A stretch of DNA of 64,000 bases from Clostridiales bacterium Firm_08 (GTDB lineage: Bacteria; Bacillota; Clostridia; Oscillospirales; QAKW01): assembly GCA_001604045.1 (NCBI GenBank), contig LVAN01000022.1:1-64000 (forward strand), read 5' to 3'. The translations under genes and the position numbers were made by a program. Below are positions 8,122-17,303 of this stretch, one piece after another. Every line of letters begins with the position of its first letter. Position 1 is the first letter of the stretch. The notes beneath the pieces were generated by a model that ran no database searches, was not told the DNA's origin, and saw nothing but the letters and a program-made list of their open reading frames with translations.

Positions 8122-9138
8122 TTACATAAAGTTCAAATCGATCGCCATAGTCGGCCGCGCGTTTTGAGAAAGATCGCCAAGGTGCCCCGCGCGCCACTCA
8201 TAAAACGCCTGCGCACCGATCATCGCGGCGTTGTCGCCACACAGTGAAAGCGGCGGCATAAAAACCGAAAATCCTTGTTCCGAAGCCATTTTCAGAACTT
8301 TTTCCCTTAACATTGAATTAGCGCTGACCCCGCCGGCAAGTACAATGTTTTTCATTCCGTCTCTCGTTGCCGCGATCATAAAATTCTCACACAAAACGTC
8401 CGTGATCGCGTGCATATAGCTTGCCGCGATATCCGCCGCGTCCCACGTTTCACCTTTCATCTTTTTTTGATGGATCAGGTTGACGATAGAAGTTTTTACG
8501 CCGGAAAAACTGAAATCAAGAGATCCGTTCTCAAAATGAACGCGTGGAAAAGCAACGGCAAGCCGGTCGCCTTTTTGTGCAAGTTTGTCAAGATGCACGC
8601 CGCCCGGATACGGAAGTCCCAGGATCCTGGCGCCTTTATCAAACGCTTCCCCCGCCGCGTCGTCCCTGGTTTTTCCGACCACGGTAAAATCGGTGTAATC
8701 ATCACATCGGACGATATGACTGTGCCCGCCGGAAACGACGAGCGCCGTAAAAGGCGGGGTAAGGTCAGGGTGCGCGAGATAATTTGCCGCGATATGTCCC
8801 CTCAGATGGTGAACGGGAATAAACGGAAGTCCCTCCCGGTACGCAAGCCCCTTGGCATAGTTCAAGCCGACCAGAAGCGCGCCGATAAGTCCCGGTGCTG
8901 TCGTTGCCGCCACCGCGTCGATCTCACTCATCGAAAGATCCGCCTCTTTTAAAGCGCGGGATACGATCTCTGATATTTTTTCAATATGATACCGGGAGGC
9001 GATCTCGGGCACGACGCCGCCGTATTCCTTGTGTACTTCGATCTGGGAAAATATGATATTTGAAAGGATCTTTCTGCCATCTTCAACAATGGCCGCCGCC
9101 GTTTCATCACAGGATGATTCAATGGCAAGAATTTTCAT
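8122..9138 (-). CDS. tsaD: tRNA N6-adenosine threonylcarbamoyltransferase TsaD (Kae1/Gcp).
   Basis: MKILAIESSCDETAAAIV..., GHxxH metal site (VHHLRGH), full-length Kae1 family. Confidence 0.92.
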   Translation of the reverse strand: MKILAIESSCDETAAAIVEDGRKILSNIIFSQIEVHKEYGGVVPEIASRYHIEKISEIVSRALKEADLSMSEIDAVAATTAPGLIGALLVGLNYAKGLAYREGLPFIPVHHLRGHIAANYLAHPDLTPPFTALVVSGGHSHIVRCDDYTDFTVVGKTRDDAAGEAFDKGARILGLPYPGGVHLDKLAQKGDRLAVAFPRVHFENGSLDFSFSGVKTSIVNLIHQKKMKGETWDAADIAASYMHAITDVLCENFMIAATRDGMKNIVLAGGVSANSMLREKVLKMASEQGFSVFMPPLSLCGDNAAMIGAQAFYEWRAGHLGDLSQNARPTMAIDLNFM

Positions 9139-9589
9139 TCGCGATCTCCTTTCTCATAATTACGGCGTCCTCTACCGGATCTCTGTAATATTTCTTCCGT
9201 ATCGAGAGTACGGAAAAACCGTATTTTTCATATAAAGCCCGCGCGGAAACGTTGCTTGCCCGCACTTCAAGAAACAACGGGTCAAGTTTATTCTCCCGAA
9301 CAAACCGTATCGCTGTTTCAAGCAAAGCGGCGGCGATCCCGCAACGACGGTATTTTTCATCGACACACAGCGTAAGGATATCCGCCGTGTCTGTTCCGAA
9401 ACGCAGACCGATATAGCCGTATGTCGCCTCCTCATTAACGCCGACAAAAAAGTGTGTATAAGGATCCGTAAGACTTTTTTCCAGATCTCCGGCTGTCCAA
9501 GGATGGGAAAAGACAGATCTTTCCAGCCCGGCGACGTCCGGGATATCCTCCGCGGCAAGCGGTCGAACTGAGAAATCACTTACAATCAT
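9119..9589 (-). CDS. rimI: Ribosomal-protein-alanine N-acetyltransferase (GNAT), RimI.
   Basis: GNAT fold motifs (LCVDEKYRRCGIAAALL). Classic tsaD-adjacent position, with a 20-nt overlap with tsaD. Confidence 0.8.
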   Translation of the reverse strand: MIVSDFSVRPLAAEDIPDVAGLERSVFSHPWTAGDLEKSLTDPYTHFFVGVNEEATYGYIGLRFGTDTADILTLCVDEKYRRCGIAAALLETAIRFVRENKLDPLFLEVRASNVSARALYEKYGFSVLSIRKKYYRDPVEDAVIMRKEIANENSCH

Positions 9590-12095
9590 ACCAACTCGCC
9601 CCGCAATGAACGTCCGCCACCAAACGAACTTTCAGTTTGGCGGCATTCACCATTTCTTCCTCCAGAATTTTCCGGATAACGATCTCCTCATCCGTCGGCA
9701 CATCAAGGATCAGTTCATCGTGGACCTGTAAAATCAGTTTTGCTTTCAATCCTTCCGACCGCAAGCGCCTGTAAAGACCCACCATCGCGATCTTGATGAT
9801 ATCCGCCGCGGTCCCCTGGATCGGCGTATTCATCGCGACCCGCTCCCCAAAGGATCTGATCATATAATTGGACGAAGAAAGCTCCGGAAGTTCCCGCCGT
9901 CTGCCGAACAGCGTTTCAACGTATCCGTTTTCTTTTCCGAACGTTACGGAGTTTTCCATATACGCTTTGATACCGCTGTATTCGTTGAAATAACTTTCAA
10001 TATAGGCGGCCGCTTCCTTCCGAGAAACGTGGATATCCTGCGCCAGAGAAAAATCCGAAATACCGTATACCAATCCGAAATTGACCGCCTTGGCGGCGCG
10101 CCGCATTTCCGGCGTCACCATCAGCGGCGGGACACCGAACACACGCGCGGCAGTGGCGGTATGGATATCCTCTCCCGCAGCGAATGCCGACTGCATATTC
10201 TTATCATCCGCGATATGGGCAAGCACACGCAGTTCGATCTGGGAGTAGTCGGCGTCCGCCAAAATATGCTCATCATCCGAAGCAATGAACATCGCGCGAA
10301 GCTGCCGCCCGAGTTCCGTGCGGACCGGAATGTTCTGCAAATTCGGTTCCGTAGAGGAGATCCTTCCGGTGTGCGTGACCGTCTGCTGAAAAGACGTATG
10401 AACGCGATGATCATCATCCATCAGCGCCAAAATGCCGTCACAGTATGTGCTTTTCAGTTTCATATATTTCCGGTATTCCAGCACCATCTGCACAATGGGA
10501 TGCTTCTCCCGCACTTTTTCCAGCGCGTCAACATTGGTGGAATAGCCGTTTTTTGTTTTTTTGCAAGGTTTGAGTTCGAGTTTTTCAAACAGGATGACGC
10601 CGAGTTGTTTTGGTGACAGGATATTAAATGTCTCCCCTGCCTGCGCGTAGATCTCCTGTTCCAGCGCGTCAGCTTGGACTGTGATCTTGCCGCTGTATTC
10701 AATGAGTTTTTCTTTGTCGACTTTGAAACCGACCCGCTCCATATCCGCCAGAACAACGGTCAACGGCAGTTCTATATCATACAGAAGGTCCTGTTGTTTT
10801 CTTTCCGCAAGACTTTTTTGCTGCGCGAGAAAGATCTCTTCCATCAGTCCTGTAAACTGTTCCGGGCTCTCATATTCAGTCTGAAGCTGACGCATCAGAA
10901 CGCTCTCCGGTGTATAGTGAGACATCGTGCTGTCCAGCACGTATTGAGCCACCATTATATCGTAATACGGACGCGTGATCGTCCATCCGTTTTTTAAAAG
11001 ATGCACGTACAGCGGTTTTGCGTCAAATGTTACTTTTTCGATCTCCTCCTCTCGCAAAAACGCCGTGATGTCATTCAAAAAAACAACGCCGTCTTTAAAT
11101 TTCACATAGGCGCCGACTTCTTTTTCGATCGCGTTGTAAAAAAAGACCATCCTGTGTTTTTTACAATACTCCATCACTTCTTCCGGCGCGACGTTGTCAT
11201 AAACCGTGATCTCTCTCTTTACCGTCGTTTCGACCTCTAAAACCTTCAAAAGGCTCGCAAGTTCATAGGTAAGCAGCAGATCTTTCAGTTTCGTATGGTC
11301 GTACGCCCGCACCATCAGTTCCTTCTCATCCAGTGAAACCGGCACGGTACGGCAGATCTCCGCGAGCTTAAAGGAAAGATACGCGTCTTCCCTGCCGTCC
11401 ATCAATTTCTGGCGCACTCCTTTTTTGATATCCTCGCTGTCGATATTCTCATACACTCCGTCCAGCGTTCCATACGCGCGGATCAGTTCCAGCGCGCCCT
11501 TTTCCCCGATGCCGGGAACACCTTTGATATTATCGGAGGAATCCCCCATAATGGACTTAAGGTCGATCATCTGCCGCGGTGAAAGCCCATACTTTTCGAG
11601 CAGATACCCCGGATCGACACGAACGACCTCGCTATCGCCCTTCTGCGTGACCGGCAATAACAGTGTCGTATGATCGCTGACCAACTGATAGTCGTCCCGA
11701 TCGCCGGACACGATAACGCATTCATGTCCGTTTTCCTCACAATACCGCGATACCGTCCCGATGATATCGTCCGCCTCATATCCTTCCATTTCCAGGATAC
11801 AGACGTTCATCGCGCGCAGGATCTCTTTGAGCGGGTCCATCTGTGCCGCGAGATCGTCCGGCATCCCCTTGCGCTGCGCCTTATAGCCGTCATACATTTT
11901 ATGACGGAACGTTTTGGCGCGCAGATCGAAAGTGACCGCGACCATATCCGGCTCCACCAAATCGAAATATTTTTTATACAGCTTCAAAAAGCCGTAGATC
12001 CCGTTGGTCGCAAAACCATCTCCCGTTGTAAGTCCGCGAATGGCGTAATATGCCCTGTTAATGATAGAATTTCCGTCAAATACAAGCAGTTTCAT
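9576..12095 (-). CDS. polA: DNA polymerase I.
   Basis: N-terminal 5'-3' exonuclease (FDGNSIINRAYYA) and C-terminal family A polymerase motifs (RRAAKAVNFGLVYG, QVHDELILDV). Confidence 0.92.
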   Translation of the reverse strand: MKLLVFDGNSIINRAYYAIRGLTTGDGFATNGIYGFLKLYKKYFDLVEPDMVAVTFDLRAKTFRHKMYDGYKAQRKGMPDDLAAQMDPLKEILRAMNVCILEMEGYEADDIIGTVSRYCEENGHECVIVSGDRDDYQLVSDHTTLLLPVTQKGDSEVVRVDPGYLLEKYGLSPRQMIDLKSIMGDSSDNIKGVPGIGEKGALELIRAYGTLDGVYENIDSEDIKKGVRQKLMDGREDAYLSFKLAEICRTVPVSLDEKELMVRAYDHTKLKDLLLTYELASLLKVLEVETTVKREITVYDNVAPEEVMEYCKKHRMVFFYNAIEKEVGAYVKFKDGVVFLNDITAFLREEEIEKVTFDAKPLYVHLLKNGWTITRPYYDIMVAQYVLDSTMSHYTPESVLMRQLQTEYESPEQFTGLMEEIFLAQQKSLAERKQQDLLYDIELPLTVVLADMERVGFKVDKEKLIEYSGKITVQADALEQEIYAQAGETFNILSPKQLGVILFEKLELKPCKKTKNGYSTNVDALEKVREKHPIVQMVLEYRKYMKLKSTYCDGILALMDDDHRVHTSFQQTVTHTGRISSTEPNLQNIPVRTELGRQLRAMFIASDDEHILADADYSQIELRVLAHIADDKNMQSAFAAGEDIHTATAARVFGVPPLMVTPEMRRAAKAVNFGLVYGISDFSLAQDIHVSRKEAAAYIESYFNEYSGIKAYMENSVTFGKENGYVETLFGRRRELPELSSSNYMIRSFGERVAMNTPIQGTAADIIKIAMVGLYRRLRSEGLKAKLILQVHDELILDVPTDEEIVIRKILEEEMVNAAKLKVRLVADVHCGASWYDCK

Positions 12096-13024
12096 ACAAT
12101 ACCTCTTTTTATCTCCGGCAGATCTCCCGCGATCTCCGCTATATCCTGCGGAAGTTTCGCCTCAAAGTTCATCGTCTCTCCCGTTACGGGATGACAAAAA
12201 CGAAGAGCATAGGAATGAAGCGCCGGCCGCTTTGTAATATGCCCCTCCCTGCCATACAGCCAGTCGCCGCAAAGCGGATGCCCGATGTGACTCATATGCA
12301 CCCGGATCTGATGGGTACGGCCGGTCTCAAGTTTTATAAGCAGCAGCGAACACTCCGGAAGCGTTTTGAGAACGGAAAAATGCGTTACCGCTCTTGTTTT
12401 ATCCGTTTCCTGCTCTTTTGCGCCGACCGTCCTCCGAATGACGGAACCTGCCGCACGCAAAACAGGCAGATCGATCGTACCGCCTTCTTGTATTTCTCCT
12501 TCCGCCAACGCGACATACCAGCGATCAACAGCGCGGCGTTTCACCTGATCGCCGAGTTGCCCGGCGGCATACGCGTTTTTCGCGACGACAAGCAGACCGG
12601 TCGTGTCCTTGTCAAGACGGCTTACGGGATGATATCCGTATTCTTTTTTCTGCTGCTGCCAGTAAAACGCGAGCGCGTTGCCGAGACTTTGATTCCGCTG
12701 TCCGGGTCCCGGATGAGTCAGCAGACCCGCCTGTTTGTTGATCACGATGATATCCTCATCCTCATATACGATCGCAAGCGGTATTTCCGACGGTGCAAGC
12801 GGCGGCTCACGATCCGGTCTGTCACGCAAACGAAGTGTGAGCAGATCGCCGGTATGCAATTGTTTCAAAACCGTTACGCGCTTATTCCCGATCAGGATCC
12901 CGCGGGGATTGTTTTTGAGCGCTGTTACGTTGGCGGCAGAAAAACCATGGTATTTTAAAAACGCCTTGACCGCTTTTCCGTCCCATTCATCCCCGATTTG
13001 AAATACAAATTTACGAGTTGTCAT
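12092..13024 (-). CDS. RluA-family 23S rRNA pseudouridine synthase (RluD/RluC-like), with an S4 domain.
   Basis: HPVSRLDKDTTGLLVVAKN, HQIRVHM motif. 4-nt overlap with polA. Confidence 0.85.
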   Translation of the reverse strand: MTTRKFVFQIGDEWDGKAVKAFLKYHGFSAANVTALKNNPRGILIGNKRVTVLKQLHTGDLLTLRLRDRPDREPPLAPSEIPLAIVYEDEDIIVINKQAGLLTHPGPGQRNQSLGNALAFYWQQQKKEYGYHPVSRLDKDTTGLLVVAKNAYAAGQLGDQVKRRAVDRWYVALAEGEIQEGGTIDLPVLRAAGSVIRRTVGAKEQETDKTRAVTHFSVLKTLPECSLLLIKLETGRTHQIRVHMSHIGHPLCGDWLYGREGHITKRPALHSYALRFCHPVTGETMNFEAKLPQDIAEIAGDLPEIKRGIV

Positions 13025-13709
13025 TGTGTTCCCTTTTTCTCACTGACGTAACGATCGCCGCTCCGTCCCGAACATAAAACGATATTTCCCGCCCGGCAAA
13101 GAAAAAGCCGTATTCCCGCTCATCCTCGTGATATGCCGGACGAGGATCCTGCGACAGGACAGCTTCCAGCGTTTTCCGCTCACTTTCCGAAAGTGCCTCT
13201 TTCGTGTCCGGCATCCAGCGGACGCCGATGGAGTATTCCTTTCGCGTTTCCGCGTATCCCCCCGACGCTTCGGGATGCGCGTCGCTAAACGGAAGATACG
13301 GCTTGATGTCAAAAATCGGCGTACCGTTCATCAAATCGGCTCCGCGCACGTAAATAAGCGGCGCGGCAGGCGCCGAAAGGTCGATCCGGTCTATCTCTAC
13401 CGAGGAAAGCCCGACCGGATTTGGGCGAAAAGGAGATCGTGAGGCAAAAACGCCAACGCGTCGGTTGCCGCCGAGCCTCGGCGGACGGACGGTGGGTGAC
13501 CAGGCGTGTTCCCCTATTTCGGAAAAGTGCCAAACGAGCCACAGATGAGAAAAGCCCTCAAGCCCCCTGACCGCGTCTTTATTTCTGAACTCCGGCTCAA
13601 AGCGGATAACGGAAATATGTTCCGTAGAGCCGCTCTGACGCGGCAGAGCGAACTTGGTTTCAAAATCTGAGTATAGCCGCGCTATGATTTTCAGTCCGAT
13701 CTCTTCCAT
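13011..13709 (-). CDS. trmO: tRNA (adenine37-N6)-methyltransferase TrmO/TsaA (YaeB family).
   Basis: PRQSG...GLEGFSHLWLVWHF...VRPPRLGG...GVFASRSPFRPNPVGLS matches the YaeB signature. Confidence 0.85.
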   Translation of the reverse strand: MEEIGLKIIARLYSDFETKFALPRQSGSTEHISVIRFEPEFRNKDAVRGLEGFSHLWLVWHFSEIGEHAWSPTVRPPRLGGNRRVGVFASRSPFRPNPVGLSSVEIDRIDLSAPAAPLIYVRGADLMNGTPIFDIKPYLPFSDAHPEASGGYAETRKEYSIGVRWMPDTKEALSESERKTLEAVLSQDPRPAYHEDEREYGFFFAGREISFYVRDGAAIVTSVRKREHNDNS

Positions 13710-13831
13710 ATGTCGCTCCTTGTTTATTTTCTGTCATTATAACAAAAAAAAAATCAATATTCAATAAAAACGGTTGTTTTACCTGTATTTTTATTTTATA
13801 ATTGTCATAGGGGGAATACAAGGAGGCAGTT

Positions 13832-14377
13832 ATGAAACACAAAGTAAAGATCGTGACAAAATGCGCCATGTTCGCCGCGCTGCTCTGTATTTTCTCTGCC
13901 GTCACCGTCCCCGTAGGCGCGGTCCCCTTTTCTTTTTCTTTCCTCGGCGTGATGCTGACCGGGATCATATTGGGGATCGTCACGGCGCCTTTATCAGTCG
14001 CGATTTTTTTGCTGCTCGGTCTTTTCCTGCCGGTCTTTTCCGGGTTCCAGACAGGAATGACCGCTTTGCCCGGTCCGACCGGCGGATATATCTGGTCATA
14101 TATTCTTATGGCACTGATCATTGCGGCGTTTTGCAGGATACCTGCTCAAAGTTATTTTTCCTCTGTCAGCGTTGCTTTTATCGGATGCCTTGCGGGAGGC
14201 GCGGTTTGCTATCTGTGCGGTACACTGCAATTTGCCGCCTGTACGGGCAAACCGTTGTCCGACGCGCTTGCCGTCTGCGTGATCCCCTTTATTCTGCCTG
14301 ATCTCATCAAAGCGACGATCGCCTCGTTTCTCGGTGTTGAGATCCGCAATCTTTTAAAGAAAAACAGACTTATATAA
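13832..14377 (+). CDS. bioY: Biotin transporter BioY (ECF S-component).
   Basis: 181-aa, 5-6 TM helices, PGPTGGYIWSY motif typical of BioY. Confidence 0.8.
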   Translation: MKHKVKIVTKCAMFAALLCIFSAVTVPVGAVPFSFSFLGVMLTGIILGIVTAPLSVAIFLLLGLFLPVFSGFQTGMTALPGPTGGYIWSYILMALIIAAFCRIPAQSYFSSVSVAFIGCLAGGAVCYLCGTLQFAACTGKPLSDALAVCVIPFILPDLIKATIASFLGVEIRNLLKKNRLI

Positions 14378-14405
14378 AAAATGCCCGATATCGGGCATTT
14401 TTTAA
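14376..14405. terminator. Bidirectional rho-independent terminator between bioY (+) and mscS (-).
   Basis: aaaaaatgcccgatatcgggcatttttt: a palindrome flanked by A- and T-runs. Confidence 0.8.
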
Positions 14406-14407
14406 TA

Positions 14408-15226
14408 CTATTTTTCCGTAATAACGGTAACGTGATCGTACGGGATCTCAATACCGTTTTTGTTAAGCGCGGCGCGGACTCTCGTGTTGATATCATCCAT
14501 CACCGTTTCTGTTGAAACGTTGGCGGCGTAATACACCGTTACCGCCATAATGAGCGCGCTTGCCGCGTACGAGATGAAATAGACCGGACTATACACATCC
14601 GATCCGTTACCGGCGTATTCACGCGGCATGGAATACGGACTTTCCTCAACCGCTTGTCCGATCACCTGTTTGGCAAACTCCGGATCCGTGCCGTATCCCA
14701 CGGAAAACCGAAAATGGATCGAACGGTCACTGCGCCCGAAACTGTAACTCGTGAGTTTCATCGCGTTGATCTTACTGTTGGGGATCACAAAACAAGCCGT
14801 ATCGATGGAAGCAAGGACGACGTGCCGTAGTGTAATGTTTTTGACGGTGCCTGACGTGCCATCCTCCAAAACGATCCGATCTCCGATATCAAACGGCTTG
14901 CTGACGCTGATCATAATGCCCGCAAGCACATCTTTGATGATATCCTGCGCAACGAACGCCAGCACAGCGCTGGTGATAGCGGTGCCGCTGAGCAGCGTCT
15001 TCCAAACGGCTTGCGCCCCGCTCAGCGCCGACACGGACAGCAGAATGCTCACGACAACGATGGCACAGGCAATCAAACGTTCAAACAGCGCCAAATGCAG
15101 GCGGTTACTCTTTTTTCGCGCCCGCTTGAAAATGGCTCTGTTGATCATAAGAAACACCCACGTCAGCAAAGCGATCGCGACGATCACCGCGATCCAGACC
15201 AAAACGCTCCATTTCTCTTTTTGCAA
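14408..15226 (-). CDS. Small-conductance mechanosensitive channel (MscS family).
   Basis: Three TM helices then an MscS beta domain (GDRIVLEDGTSGTVKNITLRHVVL). Confidence 0.85.
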   Translation of the reverse strand: MQKEKWSVLVWIAVIVAIALLTWVFLMINRAIFKRARKKSNRLHLALFERLIACAIVVVSILLSVSALSGAQAVWKTLLSGTAITSAVLAFVAQDIIKDVLAGIMISVSKPFDIGDRIVLEDGTSGTVKNITLRHVVLASIDTACFVIPNSKINAMKLTSYSFGRSDRSIHFRFSVGYGTDPEFAKQVIGQAVEESPYSMPREYAGNGSDVYSPVYFISYAASALIMAVTVYYAANVSTETVMDDINTRVRAALNKNGIEIPYDHVTVITEK

Positions 15227-15326
15227 AAGATCACCCTCATATCAGTTTTATTTCAAAATACTGTTTTCCCTATTATGGTATCATATACCCGATCTTAAAT
15301 CAAGAAAAAACAAATCACATTATAAA

Positions 15327-15374
15327 AACAGCGGAGAAATGTTGCTTACAACATTTCTCCGCTGTTTTACATAA
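15327..15374 (-). terminator. Rho-independent terminator downstream of the TPM / zinc-ribbon / SPFH operon.
   Basis: cagcggagaaatgtt-gcttac-aacatttctccgctg is followed on the minus strand by a T-run. Confidence 0.7.
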
Positions 15375-15386
15375 TGACAAATGGAT

Positions 15387-16193
15387 CTAAAATTTCCCTC
15401 CTCCGCCGCCGTGGGAGGAGCCGGAGGATGAGGTGTGCGTCGAGCTGCCGCCGCCCCCGGAAGATTCCTTTTCGATCTTGCGGCGGGAGACGTTGCTGTA
15501 CACGAAACGGTCGTGACTGGCTCGCAGGTTCAGACTGTCACGGATCAGATAGTCATTGGCTTCCGAACGCATCCGAACGGGCTTATACCCCGATTTGATG
15601 GAAAAAACGGTGATGAGCGAAATGACAAGCCCGATCCCCAAAGATACGAGAGCGCCGATCAAAATGTTTTTAAGAGCGCGGCGCTTGGGGGCCTTGTGAG
15701 AAACGTCGTAGGGCTTTCCTTTATTCGCTTCCGTTACAAATCTGTCCACCTGTTTCGCGTACGATCTGAACGCGCCGGCATAATCGCCGTCCGACAAGGA
15801 TGAGAGAAAACCATCGCTGATATAGTCGATGCCGTAATCGGTGATCGCCGTAATGCCGTAGCCTGTCGTAGACATCCACCAGTCGCGGGATCCCATACAG
15901 ACAAGCAGCAGACAGCCGTCGGGACGGTAGCCGTTGTAGTCATAATAATCATCGGCGTATTCCATCGGTGATTTCTCTCCGAGGGAATCAACCGTGACGA
16001 CAACAACATCAAAGTCCTGCCGTTCGCTGATCTCATCGAGCAGTTCAGTAAGTTCCACACGCTCGTCGGAGGTGAGAAGCTGCGCTTCGTCCACCAGATG
16101 CTGACCCTTCTCCGCCGCGAAACACGGAATACAGAGAGACAGCGCCATGATCACGATACAGAAAAAGATGATCTTTCTTTTCATTTTCATCAC
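15387..16193 (-). CDS. TPM-domain protein (YgcG/YdjH-like) with a signal peptide, a C-terminal TM segment and a Gly/Ser-rich tail.
   Basis: TPM_phosphatase-like core (LVDEAQLLTSDERVELTELLDEISERQDFDVVVVTV) and a GGGGS...HGGGGG tail. Confidence 0.7.
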   Translation of the reverse strand: MMKMKRKIIFFCIVIMALSLCIPCFAAEKGQHLVDEAQLLTSDERVELTELLDEISERQDFDVVVVTVDSLGEKSPMEYADDYYDYNGYRPDGCLLLVCMGSRDWWMSTTGYGITAITDYGIDYISDGFLSSLSDGDYAGAFRSYAKQVDRFVTEANKGKPYDVSHKAPKRRALKNILIGALVSLGIGLVISLITVFSIKSGYKPVRMRSEANDYLIRDSLNLRASHDRFVYSNVSRRKIEKESSGGGGSSTHTSSSGSSHGGGGGKF

Positions 16194-16197
16194 CCTC

Positions 16198-17301
16198 CTA
16201 TATCAGATCCAGCAGCATGCCGACCAAGAAAGAGATCGTACTGAGCGCCGCAGTCAGTCCCGTGAACAGCAGCGCGAGTTTCCCTTTGTCGACAGGAAGG
16301 TCGCCGACGAATTTTCCGGTCTGACCGTTCATCGCGAATGTGTACTGTTTATCTTTATAAGTGGTATTGAGCAGCCACACGGGATACAGGACATACTTTG
16401 CCTTACCGTTCTGCGTCCGCACGGTGCTTGATTTTTTCGTGACCGAAGTATACGACGCTTTGATCGTGGCGGCAAGCACTTGCTCCGAACTGCTTTTCAC
16501 CCGCGCGTTGGCGCGATCGACGCTGTTTTCCATCGTCACGTCATACTTGTCAGCGAGATAGCCGGCAAGATACGCTGTTTGAAAGTCCACCGCTTCCTTA
16601 AAATCAAACGGCTCGATGGACTCCATCAGATCGTCCGCCATTTTAGATGAGCCATCCACCGGGATATGCTCAAAACGCATGCTGCCTTCCCGGTACACGT
16701 CGTAGTAGTCCGTTTTGGTGTACTCATAATTGGAATCCGACCAGTGCGTCACTTTGGTCGCGCCGAAACTGACAGCGGCGTCCGAATCGGTATCAAACAG
16801 CCAAAACGGAACGTAAAGTCCCTTGACCTCTTCCAGGCGGTTTTCCGTTTTAAAACTACGTGGCGCGAACTTCTTTTTCCCGACATAGTTTTTAAGCGTC
16901 TGTTTGGCGGCGTTTTTATCCAGTTTGAACGGAATGACGAAGTCCGGCTTCAAAACGCCGGAAAGCCTTCCGCTCATCACAACGGGATTGCCGCAATACG
17001 GACAGGCCGTCGCGGCGGTGTTTTCATCGCCAACGATCTCACCGGCGCAGGATTTACAGACAAAGACAGAGATTTTGTCCCGTTCATCGTCTGACCATTC
17101 CCTGCCGGTGTTTTCATCCCACTGAAACGTGTCAGGCTGCTGTTTGTTAAGCCGTTCGTCCTGTTTCAAAAAAGCCTGTACGTCGAACTCGCTGTCACAG
17201 TAGGGACATTTGAGTTTCTGCGCGTCAGCGTTGAAACTGATCGCGCCGCCACAGCACGGGCATTTATATTCAAGAATATCCGACATATATTTTCCCCGCA
17301 A
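16198..17301 (-). CDS. Double zinc-ribbon membrane-anchored protein (YdjG-like). The start is possibly at MSDILEY (17286).
   Basis: CPCCG...CPYC and CKSCAG...CPYCG zinc ribbons, a C-terminal TM helix, and a position between SPFH and TPM genes. Confidence 0.55.
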   Translation of the reverse strand: MRGKYMSDILEYKCPCCGGAISFNADAQKLKCPYCDSEFDVQAFLKQDERLNKQQPDTFQWDENTGREWSDDERDKISVFVCKSCAGEIVGDENTAATACPYCGNPVVMSGRLSGVLKPDFVIPFKLDKNAAKQTLKNYVGKKKFAPRSFKTENRLEEVKGLYVPFWLFDTDSDAAVSFGATKVTHWSDSNYEYTKTDYYDVYREGSMRFEHIPVDGSSKMADDLMESIEPFDFKEAVDFQTAYLAGYLADKYDVTMENSVDRANARVKSSSEQVLAATIKASYTSVTKKSSTVRTQNGKAKYVLYPVWLLNTTYKDKQYTFAMNGQTGKFVGDLPVDKGKLALLFTGLTAALSTISFLVGMLLDLI

Positions 17302-17303
17302 AA

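Noticed and set aside
13774-14301. 175-aa ORF overlapping bioY in another frame
   Set aside because: BioY in the adjacent frame has a clear family signature and RBS, and this frame is Arg-rich nonsense.
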